A stretch of 64,000 nucleotides of DNA from Callorhinchus milii (Eukaryota), in the NCBI RefSeq assembly GCF_018977255.1, contig NW_024704743.1, positions 55,926,001 through 55,990,000 on the forward strand. Reading direction: 5' to 3'. This document shows positions 25,833 through 38,903 of this stretch, in pieces; position 1 is the stretch's first letter, and every line of letters begins with the position of its first letter. The notes below the pieces were generated by a model that was not told where the DNA came from, ran no database searches, and saw nothing but the letters and a program-made list of their open reading frames with translations. Both the position numbers and the translations under genes were made by a program.

Positions 25833-26689
25833 GTAAGTCAGTTCTGAGTATTTTGAATGAAGCCTCCTGTTGTCAGTGGACAGGGAGACGGCAGTGGAAA
25901 TGACGGATCATGCAGAAACAGCACATCAGGACATGAGATGCATCTCCTGAAGAGAAATTCATGTATGTCACACAAACCTGCAAGAATTCAACACCATCCA
26001 AGATCTGACTGGAGCTGAGTTCATGCAGGGCAGCGTGACACACAGGTGGTTCCATGTAGGGTGACGCACATTATATCCTGAGTCACTTTCTCCAGTATGA
26101 GGCACCATTCAAGTTGTAGATTTGCAAATTTGCCAGCAAAATACCACTTTACAGTATATTATCTGAGACGTCTCAATGCATAATAAGGTGCTGTAAGAAT
26201 TAATAGAAATGTAACATTTCTGCTAATCTTATAATGATGAAACTCCAGGATAGTAAGTCAATCATGAGCTGATTGTTAAAAATCATGATTTTTTGTTGGG
26301 TCTTTAACATAGGAAATCCAATTATAAAGATACAATGGAGAGATTTCTATTTTTTGTTTTCAGTCTGTATTGGTTCCCACTACCTCCCTGGTGCATTTGG
26401 TGTGAACCACACTGAAATTTGCCTTTTTGGGATACAGATTTTTTTGTTGTTCTGCTTATACTGGGGAAAACACAGTTAGTTCTCATATGAACACAACAAA
26501 TTATTTTGGGGCAAATCAATTAGACATTTGTGCTTTACACTGGTGCAACGCCTTGTGGCTTACTGTTTTATATACAGGGCATGCCCTGTTCTCTGGGAAT
26601 GTAAAGATTCAGTTGAGATCAAAATGTCCCTTTCGTTCACACTGAGACCCTAAAGCCTCCATATACTCCTTTATCCTGATCATACCATC

Positions 26690-27500
26690 CTTCTCTACTG
26701 CCTTTCCTCTCTGCTCTGTATTCACATTTCTGTCCTATCCTGTTTAACCTCCTACCTCTTCCAGTGTTTTCATTTTGTCTCATCTGATGGCTTCCTGCCC
26801 CCACACAGTCAGATGCTGTGTTTCTCAGTCCTCTCCTCTTCCCTATTTATATATTCCCACTTGGTAACATCATCCACAGACTCTAGGTTTCATTTCCACA
26901 CGTATGCCAGTGACAACCAACTCAATGTCTCTGCCACAACCCTCAATTCTAGGACCACTGGTTTCCTGATCAATTGCCTGTCAAACATCACATCCTGGAT
27001 GAGCTCTAACTTTCTGCAGTTGAACATTGGCAAAGGCTCTCCTGCTTCACTCCGGTCAGTAACTTTTCAAACGCTAACAGCGTCAACTGCACAGATGCAC
27101 ATTCCACCTGTTGGAGCTGGTGCAGAACCTGAGTGTCTTGTTTGATCCTACCTGTATCTCAAGCGCCACATCATGGCTCTTACTCAACTTTCCCTTACCT
27201 CCGTAATATTGCCCGCCTCTACTACTACCAGTCCCCCTGGACTGCGAAGACCCTCATTCATGCTTTCATCACATCCAGGCTTCACCACGCCAATACTCTG
27301 CTTGCTCAACTCACCAGCTTGTCCCTACGCAAGCTGAAAACTATCTAGAACTCTGCAACCTTTGTGCTCTCCAAAACTGGGCTCTAGGAGCCTATCACAC
27401 CCATCCTCACTCAACTCCATATGGCCCCCCATCCCCCAGTGAATTGTATTCAAGATCTTCGTTCTCACTTTTAAATCCCTCCACACACCCTTGACCCTCT
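26690..27500 (+). mobile_element. Degraded L2 RT fragment
   Basis: FHTYASDNQL, SWMSSNFLQLNIGK and AKTLIHAFITSRL. Confidence 0.85.
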
Positions 27501-29586
27501 GGTCTCTAATGGAACAATTATCTCTCAGGTTAACTCTTACCCCCTTTGCTTATTCTTCTGTGCAGCCTGCTTTCCCTGTGGGACTTGAGCTCAGGTTTTG
27601 CTCCTCCTCCTATAACAAGTTGACACATAATAGCTGAACACTAATAATAATAATATTCCTTGCATTTGATATAACGCCTTATCACGTCTTCGAGACTTCT
27701 CAAAGTGCTTCACAGAATATACTGTAAAGTGAATTGACTGTATATTTTGTGGGCGAACACTATTATGTGTTTCTTTCAATTCCTTGAAATGCCCAGCGAG
27801 GGACAAATAAAATATTGTACTAATAGGTTCCCTTTTTTAAATATACATCTTTAGTTAAAAACGTCACATGTAGGACATTTGGAGGATAACTTAAAACATT
27901 GTTCAGATTTACTGGGTGTGTTGTTTTGTGAACAGAATATTTGATCTTTGAGGTTCTGTCCTCAATTCTTCTTTTGATATTCTGACTGTATCTGACAGGA
28001 AATTCGCAGATCTGAACTACATTTACTGCCTATGTGGAATTTAAACCGGAAAACCAATTTGTGATTTTCCAACCAATTTCAACATGAAATTAATTGGTTT
28101 CACGACCTAACCATTAAATTTAACGGTTCCTTCAAATAACAGGTACTTTAAATTATAGCCATTTTCAGCAAAGACAAAAATTCCACCTGTTTATGTATGA
28201 CAGAAATGTCAAGATAAATTTCACCCTCTCTGGTGCATTTATTGCATCAACACGTACAAAGCTCAGTATATTAAAGATGTAATGGATGTTATTATACTGA
28301 AAATGCTCAGAAAATGTTGGAGTTGAGTTTGATTTAAGTTTTGGGAAAACAAAAGTTTTGCAGAACTTATTTTCCCGACCCTCAAAAGCCACCTTAAAAA
28401 CTAGCTTTATGACCATGCTTCTAGCTACTTACCCCAACTCCCTACCTTCCCATTCAAGCTCTCAGTGAGTTGTGTGAAGAGATTTGAGACAGATTTCATG
28501 TCCTCCCAACATGAAAGCCGTTATAGAAATGTAAATTATTATTCATTTGTTATTCCTAAATTATTTGTAAATTTGTTATTCAACAACAGCACAACAACTT
28601 GAATTTAAATAGCGGCCTTCACGTGGGGTAGCGTCTCGGAGTGCTTTCTGAATCTATTCAAAAGATTCATTGAATTAATGCAGGTGTGTGGAAGGTCTGA
28701 GCTTCATGGGTCAGATAAAACTCAAAATACTGTAGCTGCTGGAAATCTGATGGGTTTATTTTTTTTTGAAGGTTCCATCACTCTGGTTTCTGATGGGTCA
28801 GATGTTTTACTGTAGAAATCTACAGCACAGAGGAAAGCCATTTAGCGCATTGCATCTGTGCTGGCTCTTTTAAAGACCAATGCTTTTAGCTCTATTTCCC
28901 TGCTCTTTCCCTAATTTACTCCTGTTTAGATATCTAGCAAATCCCCTGGTTTGCATAGACTCGAGGGGTGGAATGGCCTCCTTATGCACTGTAGATTTCT
29001 ATTTCCTTTCCTTTTTTCTCCCAGTGTACTGGCCAACAATTCACAAATAAAGTTGGTGATTCACTTCTTGGCTGTTGGCAGGACATTGCTGTGTGAAAAT
29101 TGGCTGGTGCACCACCTACAAATACTCAGTCACTTTACAGTAAATCCTATGAAGCGCTTTGAGATGTCCTCTCAACATGAACGTTTCGCCCACAAAATAT
29201 ACAGTCAATTCACTTTACAGTATATTCTGTGAAGCGCTTTGAGATGTCTCGTAGGAGTGACAAGGCACTATATCAAATGCAAGGAATATTATTATTATGA
29301 AAAGTGCTATGTCAAATGCAAGGATGGTTAAAAAAAGAAGTATTTGCAAACATCATAGAGAAGCTATAAAGGCAGTGTACAGGTTATAATTTTTTGAAAA
29401 ATACTGATAAAATAAACTGGAGGTGGGTACTAGGTAAAAATAAGAATATGATTTAATAATTATAATGATTTATAATCAGCACTAAATAATTCTTCCATGA
29501 ATAATTTGTAACTTTAGTATTACCTTCTTCATTTGACTTTATACAAAGTTTAATTGTGGAATAACAATGTGTCTTTTTGTCTCCAG

Positions 29587-29682
29587 TTCTTCAATCTCCC
29601 GATGGCTTTCTTCATTCCCCCTTCAGTATTCATTGTGCATCTCCAGTTTAACCTCTTGTACCAGTTCTGGATTCACACAGAG
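29587..29682 (+). CDS. AGMO: AGMO coding exon (~exon 5), 96 bp
   Basis: tttttgtctccag|TTC...ACAGAG|gtacct; FFNLPMAFFIPPSVFIVHLQFNLLYQFWIHTE. Confidence 0.96.
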
Positions 29683-31314
29683 GTACCTTTCTCTTTTCAT
29701 TGGTCTGCAAATTCGTTCCCTCATCATTACTTTGTTTTAAACTGATTGGTTTTCACTATGTGCTGACATGGTACGTTATAGCACCATTCTCTGCAGAAGT
29801 AACCCTTTGAGTCTTGGATACTGTTAGCTATTGAAAGATGCACACATTTAGCTTAACCTGTCAAAAGTGATCACACATGTGGAATATGAAGATTGTGCAA
29901 TAATTTGATAAATGTTTGATATAAAACCTAATATTTCCTCTGCCGTGGTATGTTTAATTAAAATAAATTGCAAACTGGGCTATTTATTATTTGATGCAGA
30001 ATTACAAGTGCGGTAACCTTCGGGGTTAAAGAGCTAATGTGTATTCAAGACAAAGTGCAAAGTGTTGACAAAATAAGAAGCTGTTTTGCATTGGAAATTG
30101 TGGGGGTATCCAGCTAGAACTGAGATCAAGAGAACTCCAGCTGAGAGTGGATATTCCAGATGAAGCTTGGAGGGATGATGGCAAGGGGAGGCTACTGTGA
30201 TTTATAGTGTTGTCAGTGCTGTTAACAGTTGGAGGATGCCTAATGATAACATACAACCGCAGAAAAGCTCGACATTCACTGTTAACTCTTTAACAGCTAC
30301 AGGATGAAATTCTTCTTGGCACGGGATATAGAGACTTTGGAGTTAAAAAAGCACCCATGCCAGGAAAGTCACAGCGTAAATGGTGCATTTGGTTAGATAA
30401 AGAGCTTCAGGACATAAGGTTTCAGCATAGAATGCATGTGCAATAATGATAATTTTATGATGTAACATTCACTTTGACATTGTGTGTGTTTACAGCTGGA
30501 TGACATTTTAGACCTTGTGTAAATCACAACTGCTCAACATTAGAAATGTGAGCTTAGACAACATGAAACAAAAAATTGCATTAATTGTATGTTTTCAGTT
30601 GTGTTACTATAATTTTATTGCAAGAATGGCAGTGTGAGAAGGTGGTTGTCATCTGTGTGAAATACAGTACCTTGCAAGTTGTGGAGGGAAAGTTGTGCGT
30701 TTATTGGATGGTTGAGTGATATCTGACTGTCCTCCATGTTTTGTCATGTTGAAATGATGAAGAGAGTACAACGTATTTCTGTTGTATGCAAATTGTTTAT
30801 TACATAAAGGTATTTAGTTTTCATATATAATCTGAGAGTACAGTATCTGTTCTTTAATGTACATCTGGGAGCTGTTTCCAATACAGTAACAGAAATCAGC
30901 GATTGGAAACAGAAAATAAGCGCATTTATAGACACATGTGTCTTTACATATACTCATTCTGAACTTAAACGATTTCTAATAAATAAACTGACAGTCACAG
31001 AGTCTGACCCACTCTGTCACACTGACAGCTGCTCACTCTGTGTAGCGGTGTGTATTGGTGTAGGTCCTCTCATCAACAGTGCCCCCTTGTGGCCCCAGGA
31101 GACCTATGCCTAACTCGCTACTGCAGAGTGGTTGCTCACCTCTTTTCTCTTGGAGCCATGAGTTATCAGGAATTTACTGTATATAAGGCTCTTCACATGG
31201 TTAGGGTGTCGGAGCACTCACAGATAACATGAAAGAGGACTTTTGGCTCTGACAAGAGATCACGTTGATAATTTATAGACCGCAAAGCTTATAACAGAAA
31301 AGCGTCTCTTTGTT

Positions 31315-32117
31315 CCTATGCCAACTCTCTGCTTGTCTTCTGTCCATAAGTTGCAGATCATTCAGAACTCTGCAGCTCATGTCCTCACCCGCACCAGGCT
31401 CTATGACTCTATCATCCCTACCCTTGCCCGGCTCCACTGGCTCTGAATCCCCTAGAATATAGTGTTCAAAATCCTTGTCCTCACATTAAAGCCCTCCATG
31501 GCCTTGCTCCTTCCTACCTCTGTGACCTACTAATGGCATATCAACCTGTCCGTTCCCCCTGCCCAGCCTGCCCTACCATTGGCGGACAGGCCTTCGGCCT
31601 CTCTGCCCCACCGTTTGGAACTCCATCCCACATCCCTTTGCCTTGCTCCCTCTCTTGCCTCCTTCAACAACAACAAGATTACATTTGTACAGCGCCTTTC
31701 ACGTCAGGAGGACGTCCCAAGGCTCTGGACAGTGTACAGCATTTCAGACACGAGCTGGGGGCAGGGAGGGGAGGGGAAGGAGGGTCACCGATGGCATGGC
31801 CGAAGAGGAGGGTCTTGAGGTGGGACTTGAAGGAGGCTAAGGAGGGGGCAAGGCGGAGTGTTTGGGGGATGGTATTCCAGTGATTGGGGGCAGAGTGGCT
31901 GAAGGCTCTCGTACCAATGGTGGGGCAAGTGAGTCGGGGGACGTGGAACAGGTCAGAGCCGGCTGAGCCGAGGGAGTGGGTGGGTTGGTAGGGCAAGTAT
32001 CAAGACCTTCCTCTTCACTACACCTTCGGCCACCCTCCTACCCCTGCCATCCACCCCTCCTGATCAACGTCCTCCTGACGTGAAAGATGCTATACAAATA
32101 TAATTTGTTGTTGTTGT
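31315..32117 (+). mobile_element. L2 3' fragment split by an antisense L2 insert (31665-31996)
   Basis: Sense L2 breaks at ...ctccttcaa and resumes at gtatcaagaccttcctc; the insert carries a (CAA)n tail. Confidence 0.88.
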
Positions 32118-32343
32118 TACTGAGAAGACAAACAGGGACTTTACAAAATAGATTCCTTGTGCTAATTGTGACTCCCTAATTTGAACATTAGATTATTACA
32201 TTTGAAAAGTTAACAAAAAATTTAGTTTTTGTGAATAAAAACAAGAAGTGAACAAAACGCCGACTGGAAGTTCAAGTAACACAATTAATCTAGTTTGTGA
32301 ATTTTGTACAGGTAAACAAAAACTATGTTTTTACCTTTTACCT

Positions 32344-32654
32344 TGTGGAGTCCTGTAGCTCAGTGGTTAGAGCACTCGGTTTGCAAGCAAGAGACCTGAG
32401 TTCAATTCCAGGCAGGGCGAAACCTTGGGCAAGTTTCCTTACTCCACACACCTAATAATAATCCCTCCAAAAAAACAAAAACAATAATAAATTGGTCATT
32501 TTCAATCTACAACTGTTTGTGGGACATTGCTGTGCGCAATTGGCTGCCGCGTTCGCCCACAAATATACAGTCAATTCACTTTACAGTGTGTTCTGTGAAG
32601 CGCTTTGGGACGTCCTCCCGACGTGAAAAGCGCTATATCAAATGCAAGGATTAC

Positions 32655-32685
<31 letters not shown>
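32344..32685 (+). mobile_element. Young full-length tRNA-derived SINE (Deu-like body, L2-like tail, (ATT)n end)
   Basis: A box TAGCTCAGTGG, B box GAGTTCAATTCC, core GTTTGTGGGACATTGCTGTGCGCAATTGGCTGCCGCG, tail shared with L2; near-identical copies elsewhere in the window. Confidence 0.92.
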
Positions 32686-33599
32686 GACATGTAATAATAT
32701 ATTGGTGTAGCTAAGATGGGTGTAACTAAGCTTGTATTATATTTCTCAGTATTTCTTCTGCAACAGAACATGGAGTCTCTTCCTTTTTTTACCCCCAACC
32801 CACCCATTTCTGGACTCGAAATCCATCTCCTGCAGTCAGGGGTTACCTCTTTTGGGAATCATTGGAAAAGCTCCATGTTTTCAGCCTGATCTCAAGCAGT
32901 GGTCTCCACACCCCCACTGTGATATTTACGATCTTGGCAGGATAGTCATCAGAGACACCTTCAGATTGCCTGTGATTTAGCTCCGATCTATAAATATTTT
33001 TGTTTCTGTCTCTTTATTTGGGAGAATTGGCTATCTCAGTTCCCTGTGCTTATTTAAATAAAAAATATTGCCTCATCAGATAAGAAAACAGTTAGCGCTA
33101 TACAAGTTGGGCTTTGAAAAGGATTTCAAAGTGCAAAACTATGTCGGCTTTCAAGCCTCCTATGGATTATCCTTCCCCTTATAGCCTCCCCCGCAGAGTC
33201 CCAAACCGGCAAGTGTGGTCACAAAGCCCATCTGTGTAAATACACATTGCAGTGCCAAGCACTGAGGCTATATCTTTACGCTAATTCAGAGCTTTAATTA
33301 AATTTAAACCCGGATCCAGAAAATGGCATGAGGTGAAGAACAAGAGTATTACAATTAAAGGCATGTCATTTTTGTTGTTTTTTCTGTGTATAAGAAATTC
33401 TAACAAGTTTATGTGTTGCTAGTTATCTTTAATTAATGCCCTCTAGTTGCCAACTCACTGGTCGGTAGAGATAGTTTCTACTTGCTGTGTTCACCTTATT
33501 ATTAAACTCTCTCATTGTTTTTAACACCTCCACTACATCTCTTTTCAACTGTCTTTGTTCTAGTAAAACATGCTTCATATTCTCTATTCTCTTCATAAT

Positions 33600-34995
33600 T
33601 GAAAGCTTCTATCCATGGTATCATCCTCACAAATATGTCTCCTCCTATCATTTCCTTCCTTCCGCACTCAGTTATTTTCAGAATACTTCAGTGGTTAATT
33701 CTCAGGCCCCTTCTTTTCCTTATATATACGTTCCTTCTTGGTGACATCAATGACAAACTCAGGGTAACTTCCACATCATGTAGATCATGTAGATTTGCTT
33801 ATCCACTTGAACTCTTGTTTCCCTCACGTCCTGACACCTCCCTACCTCTCTGACTCTGTGCGCAATTGGCCGCTGCCAATTTCAAAGAATTTCAAAGTCA
33901 ATAAGATTTCAATGATAACAATAATCATAATTTTGGCCATAAGATACAGTCAATTCATTTTACAGTATAACCTGTGAAGCGTTTTGAGACATCTCAAAGA
34001 CATGAGCCTGTTCTTTCTTTCTATTAGATCATGGCTGATCTGTACCTCAATTCCAAATACCCGCCCTTGCCCCATATTGCCCCAACCTCTGGAACTCCAT
34101 CCTGCAGTCCCTCCGTCTTGCCCCCTCCCTCGCCACCTTCAAGACCGACCTCAAGACCCTCCTCTTTGACCATGCTTTCGATCTCCCTGCTTCCACCCCT
34201 GCCCTCCCCACTCCCCCACCCCGACCCTCAGACAAACGCTGTCTGTCCAATGCCTTGGGACGTCCTCCCGACGTGAAAGGCGCTATACAAATGTAATTTT
34301 GTTGTTGTTGTTTCCTGTCTGTCCACCTGCCTAGTCACACATCATGACCTGGATGAGACTCAATTTTTTTGCAGTTCAACATGGATAAGATGAAGGCAAG
34401 CCTCCTTTGTTGCTGCCAATGTCTCCTCACTTCCGCATCTGACCTTTTCAACCTCGTGGCCTTTCACACAAACTCAATGAAGCAATGGGCAAACTTGGTG
34501 TTTGATTCGATCCTCAGATCTGCTTCCTTCTTCCCAATCGATCCCTGACCAAGAATACTTTTCTTCACCACTTTCAAAACTCCACTGTCCGGATCCTCAT
34601 CCACCCGAAACTCCACATGTCCATCACCATATTTCTTGCCATGCTCCAATGTCTCCGTATTTTCCAATGGATTGATTGCAAAGTCCTCACCCTCACCTAT
34701 AAATTCCTTCAAATTCCTTGTGATCTCTATCCTCACCCTTGTGCTGCTGCAGTAAACTCAGATCTGCTTTTTATCTCCCACCACAAGAGGCCAAGCTTTT
34801 AGCAACTATGAGCCAACCCTTTGTTTCTCTTTATCCAACTTCAAATGTGTCAATGCATCAGCCTGGATCAGTTGGTAATACTCTCGCCTCTAAATCAGAA
34901 GATTGTGGTTTCCAGTCCCACCTCACCATCCTTGTGAAGTACTCCAACATGTTAAGTATGAAAGGCGCTATATAAATGCAAGTTGTTATTGTTGA
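33600..34995 (+). mobile_element. Old L2 interrupted by a SINE tail and a younger L2 3' end (about 34060-34312)
   Basis: L2 RT remnants on both sides; younger tail ccttgggacgtcctcccgacgtgaaaggcgc. Confidence 0.75.
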
Positions 34996-35419
34996 ATCTC
35001 TGCTCTACTCTTGCAAAAGCCTTGACATCTTTCCTAAATTAAGGTGCCCAGCATTGAACACAGAACTGCTGATCCAAATAGAAGACTTAAATACAATAGT
35101 CTAATTCAGATCCAGTCAGAAAAAGTTTACCAATGATTTGACCTTTCATTCTTAAGATGTTAAATAAATACAGTCAATCCAGCCCAGAGACAACAGCACA
35201 ATTGAGAAATCAGATATATTTTGTATAAAATCTACTATATAAATTGTGCGTTTGTATCAGCAGTTTACAAAATCACAATCCAAGCAGAACAGTTCTTGAC
35301 AGACTAGCCACTTGTGGAATATCATTTGACTGTGGAGCTGAAGCTTCAATATTTTATGTGACTGAATCAGCTATAGAAATGAATGAGAACTCCCCAATGC
35401 TTCAGAGAGTTTACTTAGT

Positions 35420-35690
35420 AAGTAGCTGAGCCATACAGACTGGGAACTTCCCTGGTTCGATTCCTTGCTCTGAGCCAAGTTATCTGACCTCACTGAGTAG
35501 CAGTATGAATACTAAAAGTGGCCTCAGTTAAGAGTTCAGGAAGGGGGAAATCAACTAGTATTCTTTGTCCTGATGATTCTCCAATGACCCCTGCTGGAGG
35601 TACACATGTGTGGATGTCAGTTGCGGATGCTAGTGTACTTGACTGTGACACCTTCCCTTCATAACTGAATAGTTTGCTGACCATAGAAAT
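35420..35690 (+). mobile_element. Old tRNA-type SINE-like repeat of a different family
   Basis: ctgagccatacagactggg...cctggttcgattcc (B-box-like); apparent continuation near 36260-36305 after the L2 insert; related antisense pieces near 1495-1600 and 36890-37010. Confidence 0.5.
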
Positions 35691-35794
35691 TTGTACAAGA
35701 GGTCAATTGGTGCCATGTTGGCCCTCTGAAAGAGCGATCCATTAATTCCCAGTCTTCTGCCGTTACCTATATCCTTTTATATTTATTCCGTCTT

Positions 35795-36162
35795 AACAAC
35801 AACAACTTCCATTTATATAGCACCCTTCATGCGGGGTAGCACTTCACAGTGGTGAAGTTTGACAATGAGCCAGGGGGAAAGGGAGGGGGGAGGTGACCGT
35901 ACGTACAATCAAAAAGGAAGATCTTTAGGCGGGATTTGAAAGTGAGGAGGGAGGGGGCAAGGTAGAGGGATTGAGGAAGAGAGTTGCAGAGTTTTGGGGT
36001 ACAGTGGCTGAAGACACACTCATCGATTGTGGAGCGGAGGGAACGAGGGACAAAAAGGAGGTCAGAGCCAGTTGAGTGGAGACAACGGATGGTGGAGTAG
36101 GCGAAAAGCAGATCAGATAAGTAGGGAGGTGCTAGAGCATGAAGGGATTTGAAAACTTGAAA
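35795..36162 (-). mobile_element. L2 3' fragment
   Basis: FKSLHALAPPYLSDLL...FKSRLKIFLFD on the minus strand. Confidence 0.88.
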
Positions 36163-36514
36163 TAGGCCATTCAATGTCCTAAAATCTCTCTGTGTAAAAC
36201 AATCTCTTAACCTCTCCCTTGGTTCTTTTGGTTAATTACCTTGAATATATGATCAATCACACTCGAGGCTAACAAGTGAATATAGGCCACTTGGGTAAGA
36301 TGGAGGTCGGGGTGTGGGGGAGATGTTCTACACTTTAGTTAAAGTTCCTCATTCAAATGCAGCAATGATGACTTCAGCAAGCGACTACTAAAGCAGGAAG
36401 TTAATTTGTATGGTTTACCTCTTGAATTATATAATAATTAAAGCAAAATATGTATCAAGTGGCTTTCATTCAAATCAACATGCCACACCACATTATATTA
36501 GGTACAATGTCTAA

Positions 36515-36868
36515 TTGTTCCTCCATTCCACTGGCTCCGGTCTGCTCCACGTCCCCCGCCCCAACTGCCCTACCATCGGTGGCCGGGCCTTCAGCCTCTC
36601 AGCCCCTAGGCTCTGGAACTCCATCCCCCAGTGCCTTCGCCGCCTCCTCCCTTTCCTCCTTCAAGGCCGGTCTCAAGACCTTTCTCTTCGACGGTACTTT
36701 CAGTTCCCCTCTCGACTCTCTACCCCCTCCTCACTCCCTCCCTTCCCTCCCCTCACCCTGACCATTTCCCCCACTGCTCGGGTCCTGACCCAACTGTACA
36801 GCGCCTTGGGACGTCCTCCCGACGTGAAAGGCGCTCTATAAATGAAATCTTGTTGTTGTTGTTGTTGT
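36515..36868 (+). mobile_element. Young L2 3' end
   Basis: Nearly identical to 18920-19190; intact terminal hairpin and (TTG)n. Confidence 0.92.
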
Positions 36869-38836
36869 AATTGGCTTACTGCTGCTCAGATCAGCCACTT
36901 ATGCCTGCTAACAAACATGGTGACCATTTGGCTATCAAGAATGGGAACTGTGGCAGATTTTTACCCTCCCTAGTCCAGGGCATACTGAAGCTGTTTTCAG
37001 CATCCCAATTGTCCTCAGATGGACATTAAAGATCCCATAACCCTATTTGAAAAGAGAAAGGGAGCTCCTCCAATATCTGGCCAACAATCCTCCAGATAAA
37101 TTGGTAATTTTTTTTAAAGCTGTTTGTAGGACTATATAACGTACAAACTGGCTGTGCGTTTGTTTACAAATAAATGCCTGTATTGAAATTTTTTACTGTC
37201 AGTATTTACTGTAAAGTGATTTTGAGATTTTTCAACTTGATAAGACAATATAAAAATGCTCTGTGTATAAAAAGTTTTATTTTTATTCAATGAAAGTTCA
37301 AAATTATTTTAAATAAATGAATTGATGACTCAAAATAAATGGGCTCTTTCAAAAAGGAGCAAAGAAATTACCTAATAATAGGCACCACATGGTTAGAGAG
37401 TTCAGATTTAACCTTAAATTAAATCAATTTTATTATTTAACCCAAATTAACATATGTGTGGATTCCATGCCTTTAGGCTGGAGGGATGCACAATTCAATT
37501 TTGATGGGATAGCTAGGTTAATAGAGTATGAGTTTCAAGGCTGTTTCCTGCTGCAGTTATGGCATGGATTTATTAATAACAATCACACAAGAACAATGCA
37601 ATTTTCAGCCTGCTGATCAAAACAGAACATGTGAGGGGATGCGGAGAAACAACACAGCCAACCAAGCCTGACCTGCTCCTCATCTGATAACCACACCCAC
37701 CACTTTCCAATAGGGGTCACTGGATAATAATAATACTGATTGTTACATTTGGTATAGCTACAGGAGCCTTGTAGCCCTGTCATTGATAATTGCTCCAGAA
37801 CGCCACCCTGCGTGAGGGTGCTATGCAAATGCAAGCTGTTGTTGTATCACTCCTTTCACGTCCGGAGAACACCCCAAAGCACTTCACAAGATATACTGAA
37901 AAGTGAGGTGATTGTGTACTTTTGTGATAATTGTCACAACTGAATCTGTAATTGTTATTGTTGTGCAGTAGTAAGTGCTTTCTAGTTCTTAGTTTCTAGA
38001 CGTTCTTAGGTCTAAGACCATCATCTTAAAATTTAAGGTACTGCAGAATATTTGAAATTTGAGAAGTTTGACTACTTTGGAAGTTAGTTTTCTGAAGTTC
38101 TTTTTGGGTACTTTGAACAAATGTCTTCCAAATTAGTACTGAATTGAAGATTTTTTTCAGAATTATGCTTCATCTTAAATTTCTAAGCCCATGAGAAATT
38201 TTAGATGTGTGGTTTCAAAATGGGGGAAATTGTCAAAATGTTAAGAAAGGCGAGGGAATCAATTACTTTAAAAGCAGAACCAAAAGTTCCAAAAATATAA
38301 CACATACAGACAGATGGAGGGTGAATATCAAATGCCTAAAAAAAATCAGTGAATCTAATGGTGGCGTATTGCTCCTTTAAACAATCTTTTTTGTAGCTGA
38401 TTGTTATGGGACGCATGCATTGAATTGATGTTGAGAAAAATGAGCCAAACCAGTAGGTGGAGATTACTCAAAAGAAACTGAATCCTCTGTCTGAGAAGCT
38501 GGTAAGCCACTCAATGATTTCCACACATTGAGAATATCACAGCCTATCTTGGACACAGACAAAACCTGCCTTCCACCTCCCCATTTCCTCTGAAGGAAAA
38601 CAATTTTAATTAGCAGTCAGTGCGGGGATATTCAATTCAAAATAAAACTCAAAATGGTTCTTATGGTAGCTATTACATTGCAATGTTATGATTTCAACAT
38701 ATGCTTTTATGTCATTTTGAATTTAAAAATAAAATTGTTTCCTAATCCCCTGAGTTGACAGTGCATAGTTATTTTGCTCTACTCATATTTTTGGCAGTAA
38801 AGCCCAGTGTTAAACAGTTTCCTGACTCTGTTGCAG

Positions 38837-38903
38837 ATAATTGGTAACCTTGGGCCTCTGGAACTGATCCTCAACACACCCAGTCACCACAGAGTCCACC
38901 ATG
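38837..38903 (+). CDS. AGMO: AGMO coding exon (~exon 6), 67 bp, His box HHRVHH
   Basis: ctctgttgcag|ATA...CATG|gtaagt; IIGNLGPLELILNTPSHHRVHH(G). Confidence 0.96.

Noticed and set aside
30340..30680. Faint Cys-rich peptides suggesting a piggyBac-like C-terminus
   Set aside because: Too degenerate; no TTAA/TIR or catalytic motifs seen.
32350..32420. tRNA genes at the SINE heads
   Set aside because: Each head continues into a SINE body; these are retroposon heads, not stand-alone tRNA genes.
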